Origin: Lama glama
Taxonomy: Eukaryota
Length of the DNA: 64,000 bases
Assembly (NCBI GenBank): GCA_028534125.1
Contig: CM052817.1
Coordinates: forward strand, 39,930,001 to 39,994,000
Reading direction: 5' to 3'
Positions 26,880-41,700 of this stretch are shown in pieces. Made by a program: the position numbers and the translations under genes. Every line of letters begins with the position of its first letter. Position 1 is the stretch's first letter. Under the pieces are notes generated by a model, which was given only the letters and a program-made list of their open reading frames with translations, did not search any database and had not been told where the DNA came from.

Positions 26880-27838
26880 CTCATATTGCTAAATGGGAAA
26901 GGAAGAATTTACCTAACACGCACAATATCCAAACATTTGTTGAAAGACTTTCTTTTGATAATAGGGTATCTGCTAAAGTTCATGTATGAAGTCTCCTATC
27001 TCTACAATCTATTTGGTTTTAGCTTAATTTCATCTAGTTTATAGGCTAAGTACCAGGAACTAATCCCATTTGTGCGTGTAGTAGCAAAATATTAAAAAAA
27101 CAGTAGGTTAATAACCTCCCTCCCCCAAGACCATTTTATTATATTGTATTAACAACAATAAAGGTTTTATTTGCTTTTTTGGACAGGTAATAATACATGC
27201 ATAGGATACGAAATTCAGAAGGTGCAAGGGTGTAGAGTGAAAACTAGATTTCCCACTCCTGTCTCCTACGCAACCAGCTTTCCTCCCCAAAGGCAACTCT
27301 TAATCAGTTTCTAATGTATCCTTCCTGACATGGTCTACGAACATATATTCAAAAATACGTATCTGTTTTATATGTGTGTGTGTGCGTGTGTATATATATA
27401 TATATACACACGCACACGCACACAGATACATAAATATTTTAAAAATTTTCAACTTTTGCTCCATAAGAGTTGGGCCATTTGCAAATTCATCAGAAATACA
27501 TGAGAGTATCTAACTCCCTAGGATGTGTTGTCAGACTGTGGTTTTGCCAATCTGATAGGCGAAAAATGTTGTATCAATGTAATTTTAATGTATATTTCTC
27601 AAAGTGGAGTATATTTTCATTGATATGAGTCATTTATATTTTCTACTATGTTTTTTGTCCATTTTTCAATTAGGCTATTGACCTCTTTTCAGTTTCTAGG
27701 AACCTTGCATAGTAGAGACAATAGTCTTTTGTTCTATGAATTGCTAGTTTATTTTCCCAATTTTGTCATGTGTTTTTGATTAGGTATTCCTTACTTCATT
27801 GGGATGCAGTGTTCAAATAAATGAAGGCAGTTAACTAA

Positions 27839-28126
<288 letters not shown>

Positions 28127-30756
28127 TAAAGCAACAGGGTCATTTAGTGTCCTCACTGAAATCCAGCATAAGAAGTGCCAGTATTGGTTGAATAGCTGGT
28201 TTGCCAAGTGCAGTGTGCTTCCTTTCTCAACACAAAAGCGACCATGGGGGCAAGGTATGTACTTCATTTTCACAAAATGAATTAGAATTTGGGAGGCCAG
28301 AGTAAGGAAGTTAGGAGTGAAGGTAAAAATTCCATCCTCAACCTTTGGGTGTCTGAAAGAACTGTCATCTCTTCCTTTGATATGTTGGAGCCATAACAGT
28401 TCATATGTTCAGTTAAATCTTAATTTAAATGAACTGAGGCAGCCCTGTTAGCAGTTGCTCTAATTATTTCTTTAAAACAGCTAATTTTATTATTTTCTTC
28501 TCCTTAGAAAAATAATTCATTGTTTATTCCAAAAAATTCAGACAGTATAGAAATAGAAAGGATAGAAAGTAACAAGTTCTCCTTATCACCTCCCCCTCAT
28601 CCCCAGAGGAAACTTCAGATACAGTATGACACGTTGTATTCCTCTGGATTATTTTCTATGCATGTTCTAATGCATGTGTGTATATTCTTTGTTCTTCAAC
28701 AGACCGTTGTTTTCTCAAGGGAAATGTCCATCTTGTTTGCCTTTTGTTACAGCAGTCATAGTATAACAAGTACAGGGTCATTAAATGCTTGAGTAAATTC
28801 TCAAGTAAACTTTCAGTTTATAGGAAACCTGGGTGAATTATGTAAATAATCATATAACACTTACATAAAGTGAATAATCTACCCTAGTTTGTCTTTCATA
28901 TGTCTGAATTTCCTTAAGCAAAGCACACCTATAATGATTTTTAGTGTGTAGAACAGTATCACACCAATATATTTTTTAGTTCAAAAAACATTTGTTGAAT
29001 ACCTGCTGTGTATGAGACAGTGCAGGTATTGCATGGATGAAAGACAACACTGCTAACCTCACAATTTAGTAGCTATCATGAGAATGGTACCCACAAGGGA
29101 GTTTACTGAAGACCACCTACCTTAGCCCAAGGGAGGAGGTCTAAGGGAACTTTTGGCAGGGTTGGGGTGGGGCGTGACCTTTGAACTCTGTCAGAATCAG
29201 ATGGCAAGAGAAAGCTGGGCTGGAGGGTGAAGGTGACTCCAGGCAGAGGGAACAGCAGATACAGAGGCATGACTGTGAGGTCAAGAATATTACACTTGAC
29301 AACTGCAGCTTGGAGTTTGTGTGTGGCTGAAGATAGGATGGTGGCAGGAACTGCATGGTAAAGGCAACTCTGTCCCACTGACCCAGTTGGGCTGTCTGAC
29401 CATGCCAGGAGGTGCATACTTTCTTGATTTGGGGATTCACACATCCTGGTCAGTTTTCATTCTGCATAACCATATGAATGAGGCTTCCGCCATATATCAC
29501 TTCAGAATAATTATTGAACACATTTAGAGTAGCCTAATGTCAAAATCCTGGTTGTGAAATTGTACTGTAAAGTTTCACAAGATGTTACCCTTCGGGAAAC
29601 TAGATAAAGGGTTCATCAGATCTCTGTATTTCTAGAAGTACAGAGATCTAAAAAGAATTTCCTGTGAATCTATAATTATCTCAAAACAAAAAATTTGACT
29701 AAAAAAGAACATACTCAAACCAACTTTTTCTACTTTTTAAATTAACAAAATATGACCATTTTAGTTTTCTCTTAAGTGATTTTTTTTCTCCTTAGATAGA
29801 AAGGAATAGATATCTTACATCTCCCCCATTTTTCTCTGATTAGAAGAATCCAGAGTCTGTGCTGACGTACAACAAAGCATTTAAATGAGTGTTTTTTATA
29901 GCTATTGCGGTGGTTTTTCTAACATGAATTTTAAAATGTTAAGTACATCTCTTTCAAAGGATGGGTTAAAAAACTTGATCAAATTGTAATGTTTACATTA
30001 CAGTTTCTTAAAGGCTGTATTTCATTAAGGATATATTTATAGCTCAGGGTTTTGCTTAATAGATGACTAAACTGCTAATACATTAAATGATAAGTGAATT
30101 GCTATTAGGGTACATGGGTTAAAAGTGTTTTGTTGATGTTGTATATAATCTGCTAGCCATGTGATAAACATTAGGTTGAATAATCATTGAAATAATCTCA
30201 GCACACAGGTGTTACTTGGTTTTGTAAGCTGTTTCATAAAAACCACATCAAATATGTTTCTTGGTCATCGTGTTAATTCATTTTTAGTCGTTTGATGGAG
30301 TGCTTGTTTATCCTCAGCTTTCAAGGTTAGCTAGGTAATTAGCATTGCAGGGAAGGAGCAGTGTAATCTTGTGGTTAGTACTGTGGTTGGTGGGACTGAC
30401 TCACTGTGCTACTGTAGTATCTGTCACCTTGGAAAGTTATTGAGCCTCTCTGCCTCAGGTTCCTAAAACTTAGAAATGGCCAGAACTTATGAGTGGCTAA
30501 AAGACAGTTGTTCCAAGGAGTCAATGGTGCGACGCATATATAGCTCTTAGAGTAGCAGCACGCTGGAAACACTCAGATACTGGCAGGAGTAGTCATCATA
30601 TCCTAAAACAAATAGAAGAGCATAGATGTTACTTCCACTTGAAACTACAGGGACCAAATCAAGGATAAGAGATCCAGTTCTGGTGCTCTGATCAAGATGA
30701 GTCATTACAGTTTTTGACAAACTGTTTTATTGCACAGCGAAGCATGCTATGAATTG

Positions 30757-31088
30757 GGTCAGCAAACTTTTTCTGTAAAGGACCAGATAGTAAATATTTT
30801 AGGCTTTGTGGGCCATACCATCTTCGGTGCACTACAGCTACTGCACTCTGTGGCAGTGTGAAAGCAGCCACATACACCAGGTAAGCAAATGGGTGTGCCT
30901 TGGTTTCAGTAAAATTTTATTTCTGGACACTGGAATTTGAATTTCTTATTTTCATGTGGCGCAATACATTATTCTTTTTAAAATTTATTTTCAACCATCT
31001 AAAAAGGTAAAACCCATTCTTTGCTCATGGGCTGTATAAAAACAGGCAGTAGGCTGGATGTGGCTCGCAGGCCATAGTTAACCCTTGG
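30757..31088. mobile_element. MER58-like hAT-Charlie DNA transposon
   Basis: 'gggtcagcaaactttttctgtaaaggaccagatagtaaatattttaggctttgtgggcca'; a shorter fragment lies at about 9258-9340. Confidence 0.8.
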
Positions 31089-32052
31089 TATAAATCATAC
31101 AAAAATATGTGACAATAGTTAACATTTAGTGCATACTTACATGCTTCAGACACTGTAGTCACTCTTTGAAGTAGGTGCTGTTACTATCTCTCCCCCTCTG
31201 TTTTCCTTTTAATAGACAAGTAACCTAAGCCCGAGGGAGGTTGTGTAATTTGCCAAAATTCACACAACCAGTAAATGATAGACTCAGATTCAGACACTGG
31301 GCTCTCTGGTCCCACATCCTGAGTTCTTATCTTCCAGCAATGTTGAAAATTTTGGTTGTGCTCTTTATTTGTGGTTGAGTTTAGAATAATCACGTTTCAT
31401 GATCTCTTGGAAGGAAAAGAACAATTGATATGTATTATTTATTCATGTAATTGCTCTGTCTATTCATATGCTCACAATGAGTTTGCCCTTTATATTTGGG
31501 GGCAGTTAATACAAGATCACAGCCCCATTCCTACATAGACTGGCAAAAGCACTCCCACTTGCAAACCCAGATAATCTGTCTGCCTTCCTTCTTTACATCT
31601 GATTTCTGATTGCAGTGTTTCCCATACTCAAAACATTCACCTGGTGTTAGCCTTATCTGACATGCTCTGCAGTTTTCTCTTTGCTGAGAATTCTCATTAT
31701 TATTGTCTCTCTCTTGTCTATGGAAATAGAACATACACCTGCTAAGCTGGGTGGTTAAATAGCTAGATAAGGAAGTTGCTTTGTCTGGTTTGTTCGAAGG
31801 TGGGGATGAGAGAAGGAAAGAAAGCGGAATGAGTGGTGGGAATTTTTAGTTCTTTTCAAAGCTATTTCAAATATGAAGTTCTGATTCCTGGCAGTACTTC
31901 CGATGTTCACCTTTAATTCATAATTCATAATTCATATTTAATTCAATATTTAATTCATATTTCACTAATATGAATTAGTGCCTACCCTGAGCCATCTCTT
32001 GAGTAAATGTTTAAATAAATGATTGAGCTATCATCTGAGGCTAAGGTATCTG

Positions 32053-32333
<281 letters not shown>

Positions 32334-33594
32334 TAAAATCTTTCCTTTGAAATAAAAGATTTAGGTATAAAATAAAATTGAAATATCTGTATCACAAAGC
32401 TGTCTATTCCCTATCAAGCATCTGTAAGTTAGCAACATAAATAAGTCGCCATGTGTTTGTAAAGTCAAGAATGCTTCAGCCAAAGGAATGAATAGATTTT
32501 TTATTCTGCACCACCTCCAGTACTTGTGTCAAGGATTCGAGGCACTTGCCTAGGTTTTCTAGGTGCATGCGTGGGAGTGTGTGTCTATGCCTATATATAC
32601 AGTTACACACATAGTTATAAATAATTATTTATTTATCCTGACAGATCTCTGAAGAGGGGAGAGACAGAAGAAATTACACTCACTTTGCAAAAAGAGGAAC
32701 AGGGTCTTTCCCAGAGTCATGTTCCTAATCAGTGACAGAATAAAAGAGTGGTAGGACTCCTTCCTGTATCTCTTAAACAGATGGCTGCTTACATAGTGCT
32801 TCAGTAAGACAAAAAAGAGGAGTTGTTCAGCAGATAACAGTACTTTATATAGAGACAACTTAATGACTTACCTTGCACTGATAGCGTCTGTCAGGTGAAA
32901 ACACTTTGAAAGGTCATTCCTGGAGGGGTAGTGTTAGGTGAGCTGTGATGTCCCTAAGAATATCTGATGTTGTCATCCTTTCGTCGGTGCTTTGTGACCT
33001 GATCCTCTTGTAGAAGAAGAAACACCCTGTCTTGTATGTAGGGAGGGGTATCTGGACTCTGATTCTCTATTAGGCCATCTCAGTTTATTAGCTGTCTTAA
33101 TGTTTGAAAAAAAAATTTATAGAAGCAATAGCATATGGTGGGTAATATGTTGGACTCGGAGCCAGACTGTCTTAGGTTTGCATCCTGGCCCCACTACTGA
33201 CTGCTGTATGACAGTCGACAAATTACTTTACCTCTTTATGCTTTAGTTTCCTCATCTGCAAAAAGACCAGTAGGATAAAACTACCTACACATTAGGGTTG
33301 TGATAAAGATTATGAGTTCACACACTAGAGCTGTAGAACAGTCTTAATACGTGAAAGCGGTATATATGTTAGCTATTGTTATTTTGTTTGGCTGTTTGTA
33401 ACATTTAAAATATTTTCTAATCATCCTTTATCCTAATTAAAGTCCAAGAATCAAAGTCTAGGAAGAGCATTTTACATCAGAAATATAATTTAAGATAAGT
33501 CATTTCCTAATTAGTGTTACTGTTGTTGTCTTATTTAGCAGTTTCTAAGAGATGGTGATATTAATCTTTTTAATGTTTTTCCTTGATATTTTAG

Positions 33595-33680
33595 TATAGC
33601 TCTTGGAGCAGCATCCCTGCTTCTTGTCATCACCTACCCGCTAATGAAAAGGATTACGTACTGGCCTCAATTAGCCTTGG
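33595..33680 (+). CDS. COQ2: COQ2 exon 4 (86 nt)
   Basis: Acceptor tattttag|; [28 protein letters not shown](G), with the conserved YPxxKR motif; donor G|GTGAGC. Confidence 0.97.
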
Positions 33681-33742
33681 GTGAGCTTGAAATAACTATT
33701 AATTATATCCTTTGATAACCCCAAACTAAATTTTTATTTATA

Positions 33743-33818
33743 ATATTGTACGTATGTATGTGTGTGTGTGATGTGGCAAAATATTGTATGTATGTATGTG
33801 TGTGTGTGATGTGGCAAA
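33743..33818. repeat. 38-bp tandem duplication in COQ2 intron 4
   Basis: atattgta[c/t]gtatgtatgtgtgtgtgtgatgtggcaaa twice (33743-33780 and 33781-33818). Confidence 0.92.
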
Positions 33819-35273
33819 GATAAAAAGTCAGTCATGAAATTTTCCAAACCAATAATCGATTTTCATATTTCAAAGGAGATCAGATAGCCAGCTAAGAAAT
33901 CCTGCATATTTACTAAGATGATCATTATTATAATTTTCCAAAATGCTTTTTTAAAAATCTAGGTATGTCATGGAGAAAAAAATTAGCTCCTTGATCCTAT
34001 CCCTCTCTTTATGTAGTTGATCTAAATTCCCTGAAGACTCTGGGGACTGGAGTAGAAAATGCTCTGAGGCAGGAGAACAAGAGTTAAAGTGTGTGTTAGC
34101 TTAGGTGGCTCCCTTCCTGTGGAGTCTTTGTTAGACCTCCCAGGAAGAAGTTAGCCAGTCTCTCCTGGGCTCCCCTAGCACTCTGGTGTGGCCCTGAGTC
34201 ATTTCAACAGCAGTGATTCAACAAGAAGATATTTCGAGCCTGCCCTCTCTCCCCATTGTAAATGCCTAAAAGGTAAATCATTCTTTACGTGTGAATGGCA
34301 CAGTATCGAACATAGCACTTGGCACATTGTAGGTACTGAATAAGTATTTGTTGGTAGAAAGAGGAAGTTAGGTAGGTAAGTCAAAATCTGTTGCAGAAAT
34401 ATCTACTCCTAGACTTCTCTGTTCTATTCCTAGAATAGTCTAGAATATTCCTAGAAGTATTGTAGTTCTTTGAACTATTTTTTCAGTAAATAAAAGTACC
34501 AAAAGACACTTTAAGAAATTGATGGGAGCCTGACTCGTGAGAAAGTGGTAAAATATTTATCTTTTTCTGAGATCTCCTCATTTAATGTTGTGCTTCTTTT
34601 CATTATTTAAAAAAAAATAGGACATGATATTCTCAACTGACTTGAGAACCTTTTGGTTAAGGGAGGATAAGCATTTCCTGTCTATAAGATTATGTTAAGA
34701 AAGATGGTAAACAGGTTATTGCAGTACAGTGTAGTGACATGCGTGAGTGCTGTGGCACCACAGAGAAGCACTTCATCAGCTGGGGAGGTGGGGTTCTGAG
34801 TGGAATAGGTAGGAGGAGAAAAAGGATTTCTGAGAAAAGACATTTGGGACTCATTGAGTTTGAGGTACCTAAGAGACTTGTAGGTGGAGATGTCTAGCAG
34901 GCAGTTCAGTGTCTAGTCTGAAGCTCATGGAAGTGATCAAGCTTACACACAGAGATTTAGGGGTTGTCAACATGTAGTTGTTTGTTTGTAACTCAGTCCT
35001 CAGAGAGGATGGACTTGTAGAACAAGTGTTCCTGTCTGTACTCTTGTTTCTGTAACTTTAAGGGGAAGCAGAGGGATAAGAGAAAGAACACAGGAGTTTG
35101 ACTGGGGTAGGTCTAGGTTCAGACCCCAGCATCTACTGTCTGTTGTCTGTGCCGCGCATCCTACTAGGTAGAATAAATGTTGTTCTCATGAAATCACCTA
35201 TTTGTCAGGGGATAGTATTCTTTCTGTTAGCTATATTATTTTAATTGTTAACTAACCTCTCTGGTTCTGTGTC

Positions 35274-35368
35274 CTTTTTCTTTTTCTTTTTCTTTTTCTT
35301 TTTCTTTTTCTTTTTCTTTTTCTTTTTCTTTTTTCTTTTTCTTTTTCTTTTTTCTTTTTTCTTTTTTT
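35274..35368. repeat. (TTTTTC)n polypyrimidine tract
   Basis: Directly visible. Confidence 0.95.
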
Positions 35369-35550
35369 GGTAAAATCTAGCTAATAACTACCACAGAGGC
35401 TTGAGAAACTTTAGGGAAGAAACATGAGAAAATAGCCTACACAGAGCCGAACACATAGACGTACCCAATACATGCTGATGCCCTCTCCTTCCCTTTGGAA
35501 TTCTCAAGTACATTGAGACTTTTCCTCTCTTTCTGTTTCACTAACTGTAG

Positions 35551-35684
35551 GGTTGACTTTTAATTGGGGAGCATTACTTGGATGGTCTGCTGTCAAGGGC
35601 TCCTGTGATCCATCTGTTTGCCTGCCTCTGTATTTTTCTGGAATTATGTGGACTCTAATATATGATACTATCTATGCCCATCAG
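35551..35684 (+). CDS. COQ2: COQ2 exon 5 (134 nt)
   Basis: Acceptor actgtag|; [44 protein letters not shown]; donor CAG|GTAAAA. Confidence 0.98.
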
Positions 35685-35780
35685 GTAAAAAAATATCCTT
35701 TTTCCTAACTTTGGTTTAATTGTTATTTTTTAAGAACTTTAAAGTGAGAACCAAATTAAGGAAAAGTTTTTTCTTTAGAC

Positions 35781-38700
35781 TTTTTTTTTAATTGAGAAAG
35801 ACAGTGGTTTGTTACATTATATAAGTTTCATGTGTACATTATATTTTGACTTCTGTATACACTACAGCGTACTCACAAACAAAAATTTAGCTTCCACTCA
35901 CAATACAGTTCACCCTCCTTACCCATTTCATCCTCCCCCCACCCCCCCCTTCCATCTGGTAACCACTATTTGCTGTATCTATGTGTTTATTTTGTTTGTT
36001 TGTTTGTTTATTCATATTCCCATATAAATGAAATTGTACGGTATCTGTGTTTTTCTGTCTGACTTATTTTACTTAGCATAATACCCTCAAGGTCTATGTT
36101 GTTGCAAATGGCAAGATTTTATCTTTTTTTAATGGCTGACTAGTATTTCATTGTACTTACATACTACATCTTTATCCACTTACCTGTCAGTGGGTACTTC
36201 CATATCTTGGCTATTGTAAATAATGCCATGATGACTATTGGGTACATGTATCTTTTTGAATTAGTGTTTATGTTTTCTTCAGATAAATACCCAGAAGTGG
36301 AATAGCTGAATCATATGATAGTTCTATTAATTTTTTGAGGAATCTCTATACTGTTTTCCATTGTGGCTGCACCAATTTATATTCTCTTTTCTCTATATCC
36401 TTGTCAACACTTGTTATTTGTTGTCTTTTTGATAATAGCCATTCTGACAGGTGGGAGGTGATATCTCATTGTGGTTTTGATTTGCATTTCCATAGTAATT
36501 AGAGATGCTGAACATCTTTTCATGAGTCTGTTAGCCATATTTGTCTTCTTTAGAAAATTTCTTTAGACAAATGGCTATTCAGATCCTTTGCCCGTTTTTC
36601 AGTTGGGTTACTTGCTGTTTTTTGTTGTTGAGTTTCTTATATATTTTGGATGTTAACCCTTTACCAGATATGTGATTTGCAAATATTTTCTCCCATTTGA
36701 TAGATCATCCTTTCATTTTGTTGATGATTTCCTTTGCTATGCAGAAAGAAGCTTTTTAGTTTGATATAGTCCTGTTTGTTTATTTCTGCTTTGTTTCCCT
36801 TGCCTGAGGAGACATATCTAGAAAGATATTGCTAAAACTGACCTCAAGGAGCATACTGCATATGTTTTCTTCTAGGAGTTTTATGGTTTCAGGTCTTACA
36901 TTTGGTCTTTAATCCATTTTGAGTTAATTTTTGTGTATGGTGTAAGGTAGTGGTCTAGTTTCATTCTTTAGCACATGGCTGTCCAGTTTTCCCAACACCA
37001 TTTGTTGAAGAGACTGTCACCCATTGTATGTTCTTTGCTCCTTTGTTGTAAATTAATTGTCCATTTATGTGTGGGTTTATTTCTGGGCTCTCAGCTCTGT
37101 TCCAATGATCTGTGTGTTTATTTTTCTGCCAATACCATGCCATTTAATTATTATAGCTTTGTAGTATAATTTGAAAACAGGAAATTTGATACTTTCAGCT
37201 TTGTTTTTTTTTTTTTTTTCCTCAGGATTACTTTGGCTATTTAGGGTCTTTTGTGGCTCCATACAAATTTTAGGATTTTTTGTTTCATTTCTGTGAAAAA
37301 TGTTGGTATTTTGATAGAAATTGCATTGAATCTATAGACTGCTTTTGGTAATATGGACATTTTAACAGTGTTAATTCTTCAAATTCTTGAACTAGAATAA
37401 CACTCCATTTCTTTATGTCTTCATTTTCATTCAAATGTCTCATAGTTTTCAGAGTACAGGTCTTTCACATCCTTGGTTAAATTTATTCCTAGGTAATTTA
37501 TTCTTTTCTGTTGCAATTGTAAATGGGATTGTTTTTAAATTTCTCTTTCTGCTAGCTCATTATTAGTGTACAGAAATGCAACAGATTTGGGTATATTGAT
37601 TTTGTACCCTACAGCTTTATTATATGTGTTTATAATTTCTAATAGTTTTTTTGGTGGAATCTTTAGGGCTTTCTATGTATAAAACTATGTTATCTGCAAA
37701 TAGTGAGAGTTTTATTTCTGCATTCCAATTTGAGTACCTTTTGCTTATTTTTCTTGCCTAATTACTCTGACTAGGAATTCCAATACTGTGTTGAATAAAA
37801 GTGGCAAGAGTGGGCATCCATGTCTTGTTTCTGATCTTAGAAGGACAGCTTTCAATTTTTCACTATTGAGTATGTTTGCTATGGGTTTGTCATACATAGC
37901 CTTTATAATATTGAGGTACATTTCATTTTTACCCACTTTATTGAGAGTTTTTATCAAAAATGGTTGTCAAAATTTGTTAGGTGCTTTTTCTGCATTTATC
38001 GAGATGATCATGATTTTTATCCGTCATTTTATTAATATGGTATATCACATTGATTTGTGGATATTGAACCATCCTTGCATCCCTGGAATAAATCCCACTT
38101 GATCATGGTGTATGATTCTTTTAGCGTATTGTTATTTTCAGTTTGCTAAATTTTGTTGAGAATTTTTGCATCTATGTTCATCAGAGATATTGAACTGTAA
38201 TTTTCCTGTTTTGTATTGTCTTTGTCTGGTTTTGGTATCTGGGTGATTTTGGCCTTGTAAAATAAGTTAGGAAGTGTTCTCTCCTCTTCAGTTTTTTAGA
38301 AGAGTTTGAGAAGAATAGGTATTAAATCTTCTTTGAATGTGTGGTAAGAATTCACTTGTGAAGCTGTCTGGTCCTGGATTTTTGTTCTAAGGGAGGTTTT
38401 TGATTAGTGATTCAATCTCCTTACTAGTGACCAGTCTATTCAGATTTTATGTTTCTTCATGATTCATTCTGGGAAGGTTGTATGATTGTAAGAATTTATC
38501 CATTTCTTCTAGGTTGTCCACTTCATTGACATATAGCTGTTCGTAGTTTTCTCTTATAATTTTCTGTATTTCTGTGGCATCCATTGTGATTTCTCCACTT
38601 CATCTCTGATTTTATCTATCTGAGCCTTCTCTTTTTTTAAGTGATTGTAGCTAAAAGTTTGTCAGTCTTGTTTATCTTTTCATTCATGTTTCACTGATTT

Positions 38701-41700
38701 TCTGTTGTATTTTGTTCTGTTTAGTCTTTTATTTCTACTTTATATTTTTATTATTTCTTTCTTTCTTCTGACTTTGGGCTTCATTTTTTCTTCTTTTTCT
38801 ACTTCCTTTAGGTGTAAGATTAGATTACGTATTGAGATTTTTCTTGTTTCTTGAGGTAGGCCTGTATTGCCTTTGCTGCATCCTGTAGATTTTGTTATAT
38901 CATATTTTCATTTGTCTTCAGGTATTTTTTTGATTTCTCCTTTGATTTCTTTTTTGACCCAATATGTTCTTTAGCCTCTACATATTAAATATGTGATTTT
39001 CTCAGCTTTCTTTTTGTAGCTGATTTCTGGTTTCATGCCACTGTGTTTAGAAATACTGCTTGATATGATTTCAGCCTTCATAAATTTATTGAAACTTGTT
39101 TTGTATCCCAGCATATGATCTATCCTTGAGAATGTTCCATATGTACTTGAGAATGTGTATTCTGCTGCATCTGAATAAGTCTATTAAGTCCATCTGATCT
39201 GATGTTTCATTTAAGACCACTGTTCCCTTGTTGACTTTCTGTCTTAATCTATTAATTAATGTAAGTGAGGTGTTAAAGTCTCCTCCTATTATTTTGTTGC
39301 TGTGAATTTCTCCCTTTAGGTCTGTTAAATATTGCTTTAAATATTTTGGCCCCTAGGTAGGTTCATATATTAATGTTACGCCTTCTTGATGAATTGTCCC
39401 CTTTATCATTATATAATGTTCATCTTTGTCTCTTGCTACCTTTTTTAGCTTGAAGTCTATTTTGTGTAATAGGAGTATGGCTACACCTGCTTTCTTTTGG
39501 ATGCCATTTGCTTGGAGTATCATCTTCCATTGTTTGATTTTGAGCCTATGTTTGTCTTTAGAACTGAATGAGTCTCCTGCAGATAGTGTATAATGGTTGT
39601 AGTTGTTTTTAAAACCATCCAGCCACTGTGTCTTTTGACTGGTGAATTCACTCCATTTAGCTTGATGATTGATAAATTATAACTTAGTACTGCCATTATA
39701 TCTTTTGTTTTCTGGTTATTCTATATCTCTGTTGTTTCATGTTCCTTATGCTTCTGTCTGCCATTTTAGTTTGGTGATATTTCTGTGATGTTTTTCTCAA
39801 TTTTCTCTTTTTTTATGTTTCATGTCTCTGCTCTAGATTTGTTTCGTGGTTTCCACAGGGTTTGTACAAAACATCTCATAGATAAAATAGTTCTTTTCTG
39901 CTGATAGTATGTTATCATTTGCCTGTACAGGTTCCATCCTCTTCCTCTTTTCCCCTTTTATCTTTTGTTGTTGTTGTTGTCTCAAAGTAGTCCTTTTTAT
40001 ATTTTAAGTTCATTATCAAATTGAAGTAGCTATGGTTATTTTTACTTTTTTCCCTTTAATCTTTATGCTATCATTAAATGTTTAAAACCTCTTCTGATAC
40101 AGAGTTACTGTTTTCTGATTCTATTTATCACCTTAATCAAAGTTCGGTATATTTTTGCCTTTTCATTTCAGGTAGAAGAGCTATTTCAACATTTCTTGTT
40201 AGGCAGATCTAATGGTGATGTACTCCCTTAGCTTTTGTTTGTCTGGGAAAGCCTTTATTTCTCCTTCATATCTAAAGGGTACTTTACTGGATAGAATATT
40301 CTTACCTGACAGGATTTATCTTTCAATATTTTGAGAATGTCTTTCCACTCTCTCCTGGCCTGTAGTTTCTGCTGAGAAATCTGCTAATAGCTTAATGGGG
40401 TTCCTTTTTAGGTTACCATCCTTTTTCCCTGACCACCTCTCAAATTCTTTCTTTTCCATTGACTTTTGACAGTTTTAATATAATGTATCTCATTGAAAGC
40501 CTTTTTGTGTTGGGGTAATTAGATGTTTTCCTAGCTTCATGGGCTTGTATATCCAGTTCCTTCCCCAGCTTTGGGAAGTTCTCAGATATTATTTCTTTAA
40601 ATAAACTCTGTTCCTATCTCTCTCTCTTAACCTTCCAGGATACCCATTATCCTAATGTTGCCTTTTCTAATGGAGTTCTGATGAATAATTCTTGCAGAGT
40701 TTGTTCATTTTTAAAGATCTTAGTTCTCTCTCCTCTTCTACCTGAACCATTTCTAAATTTCTGTCTTTAAGCTTGCTGATTTTCTCTTTTGTACAATCTG
40801 CTCTATTTCCAGTGCTTTCTGATACATTCTTCATCTTATTTATTGAGTTCTTCAGCTCCAGAATTTCTGTTTGGTTCTTTTTTAAAGATTTCATCGCTGT
40901 GGTAAAGTGTTCCTTCTGTTCATTACTTTTATTCCTGAGCTCACTGAACTGCCTTTCTGAGTTCTTGTAGCTTATTGAATTTCTTCATGATGGCTATTTT
41001 GAACCGTCTGTCAGTTCGATGGCAGTGTTTTACTTATTTTAAATTTGGTTTCTGGATTGTTGTTACATTCTTTTTGTGATACTGTGTTACCACGGTTGAC
41101 GAGTTGTTCCCCTGCCAGCTCATTTGAAGTAGTAAACATCTTTCTTCTTTAGGTAAAGCTTTGTTTACTTTGATTCTAACAGTTCAGTGTGTTGGTAATT
41201 GGAGGTCTATCTTCTGGTTTTTAGTAGGTGGTGCTATAGCACTATTTCGGTTTCTCTTACTTGAGCTGTCATTGGCCACATTTGAGAATCGACACTTTGC
41301 ACCCTCTGCCACCTCTGCCAGGGTGATGCTTTTGTTGTTACTGCTAGTGCCTTGTTGCTACTGGTGTCACAGCTGCTGGCATCACCACTGGGGGCACTGG
41401 GATGGTGGGTGCCTCTGCTGTGTTGGGTCAGCTGGGTTGTGGGCACCACCACAGCAGCGGGAGATGGGATAGTGGCCAGGGTCGCGGGCACTTGCCACTG
41501 CAGGCTGTGGGGGTAGAACTGGAGTCATGGGCACTGCCACAGCTGTAGGGCCTGGGTTGTGGACCCCACTGCTGCAGGCTGGGCAGATGAAACCAGATTT
41601 GTGGGTGCTGCTGTGGCTGGAGGGACTCAGGTTGCAGGCCCAGCCGCTGCTGCTGCTGGGTTCTTGGGGGCTGCAGATTCAGCTGCTACAGCTGGGCAAC

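Noticed and set aside
31912..31980. Repeated aattcat units with a small hairpin
   Set aside because: Short degenerate AT-rich repeat without spacer structure; not CRISPR-like or otherwise informative.
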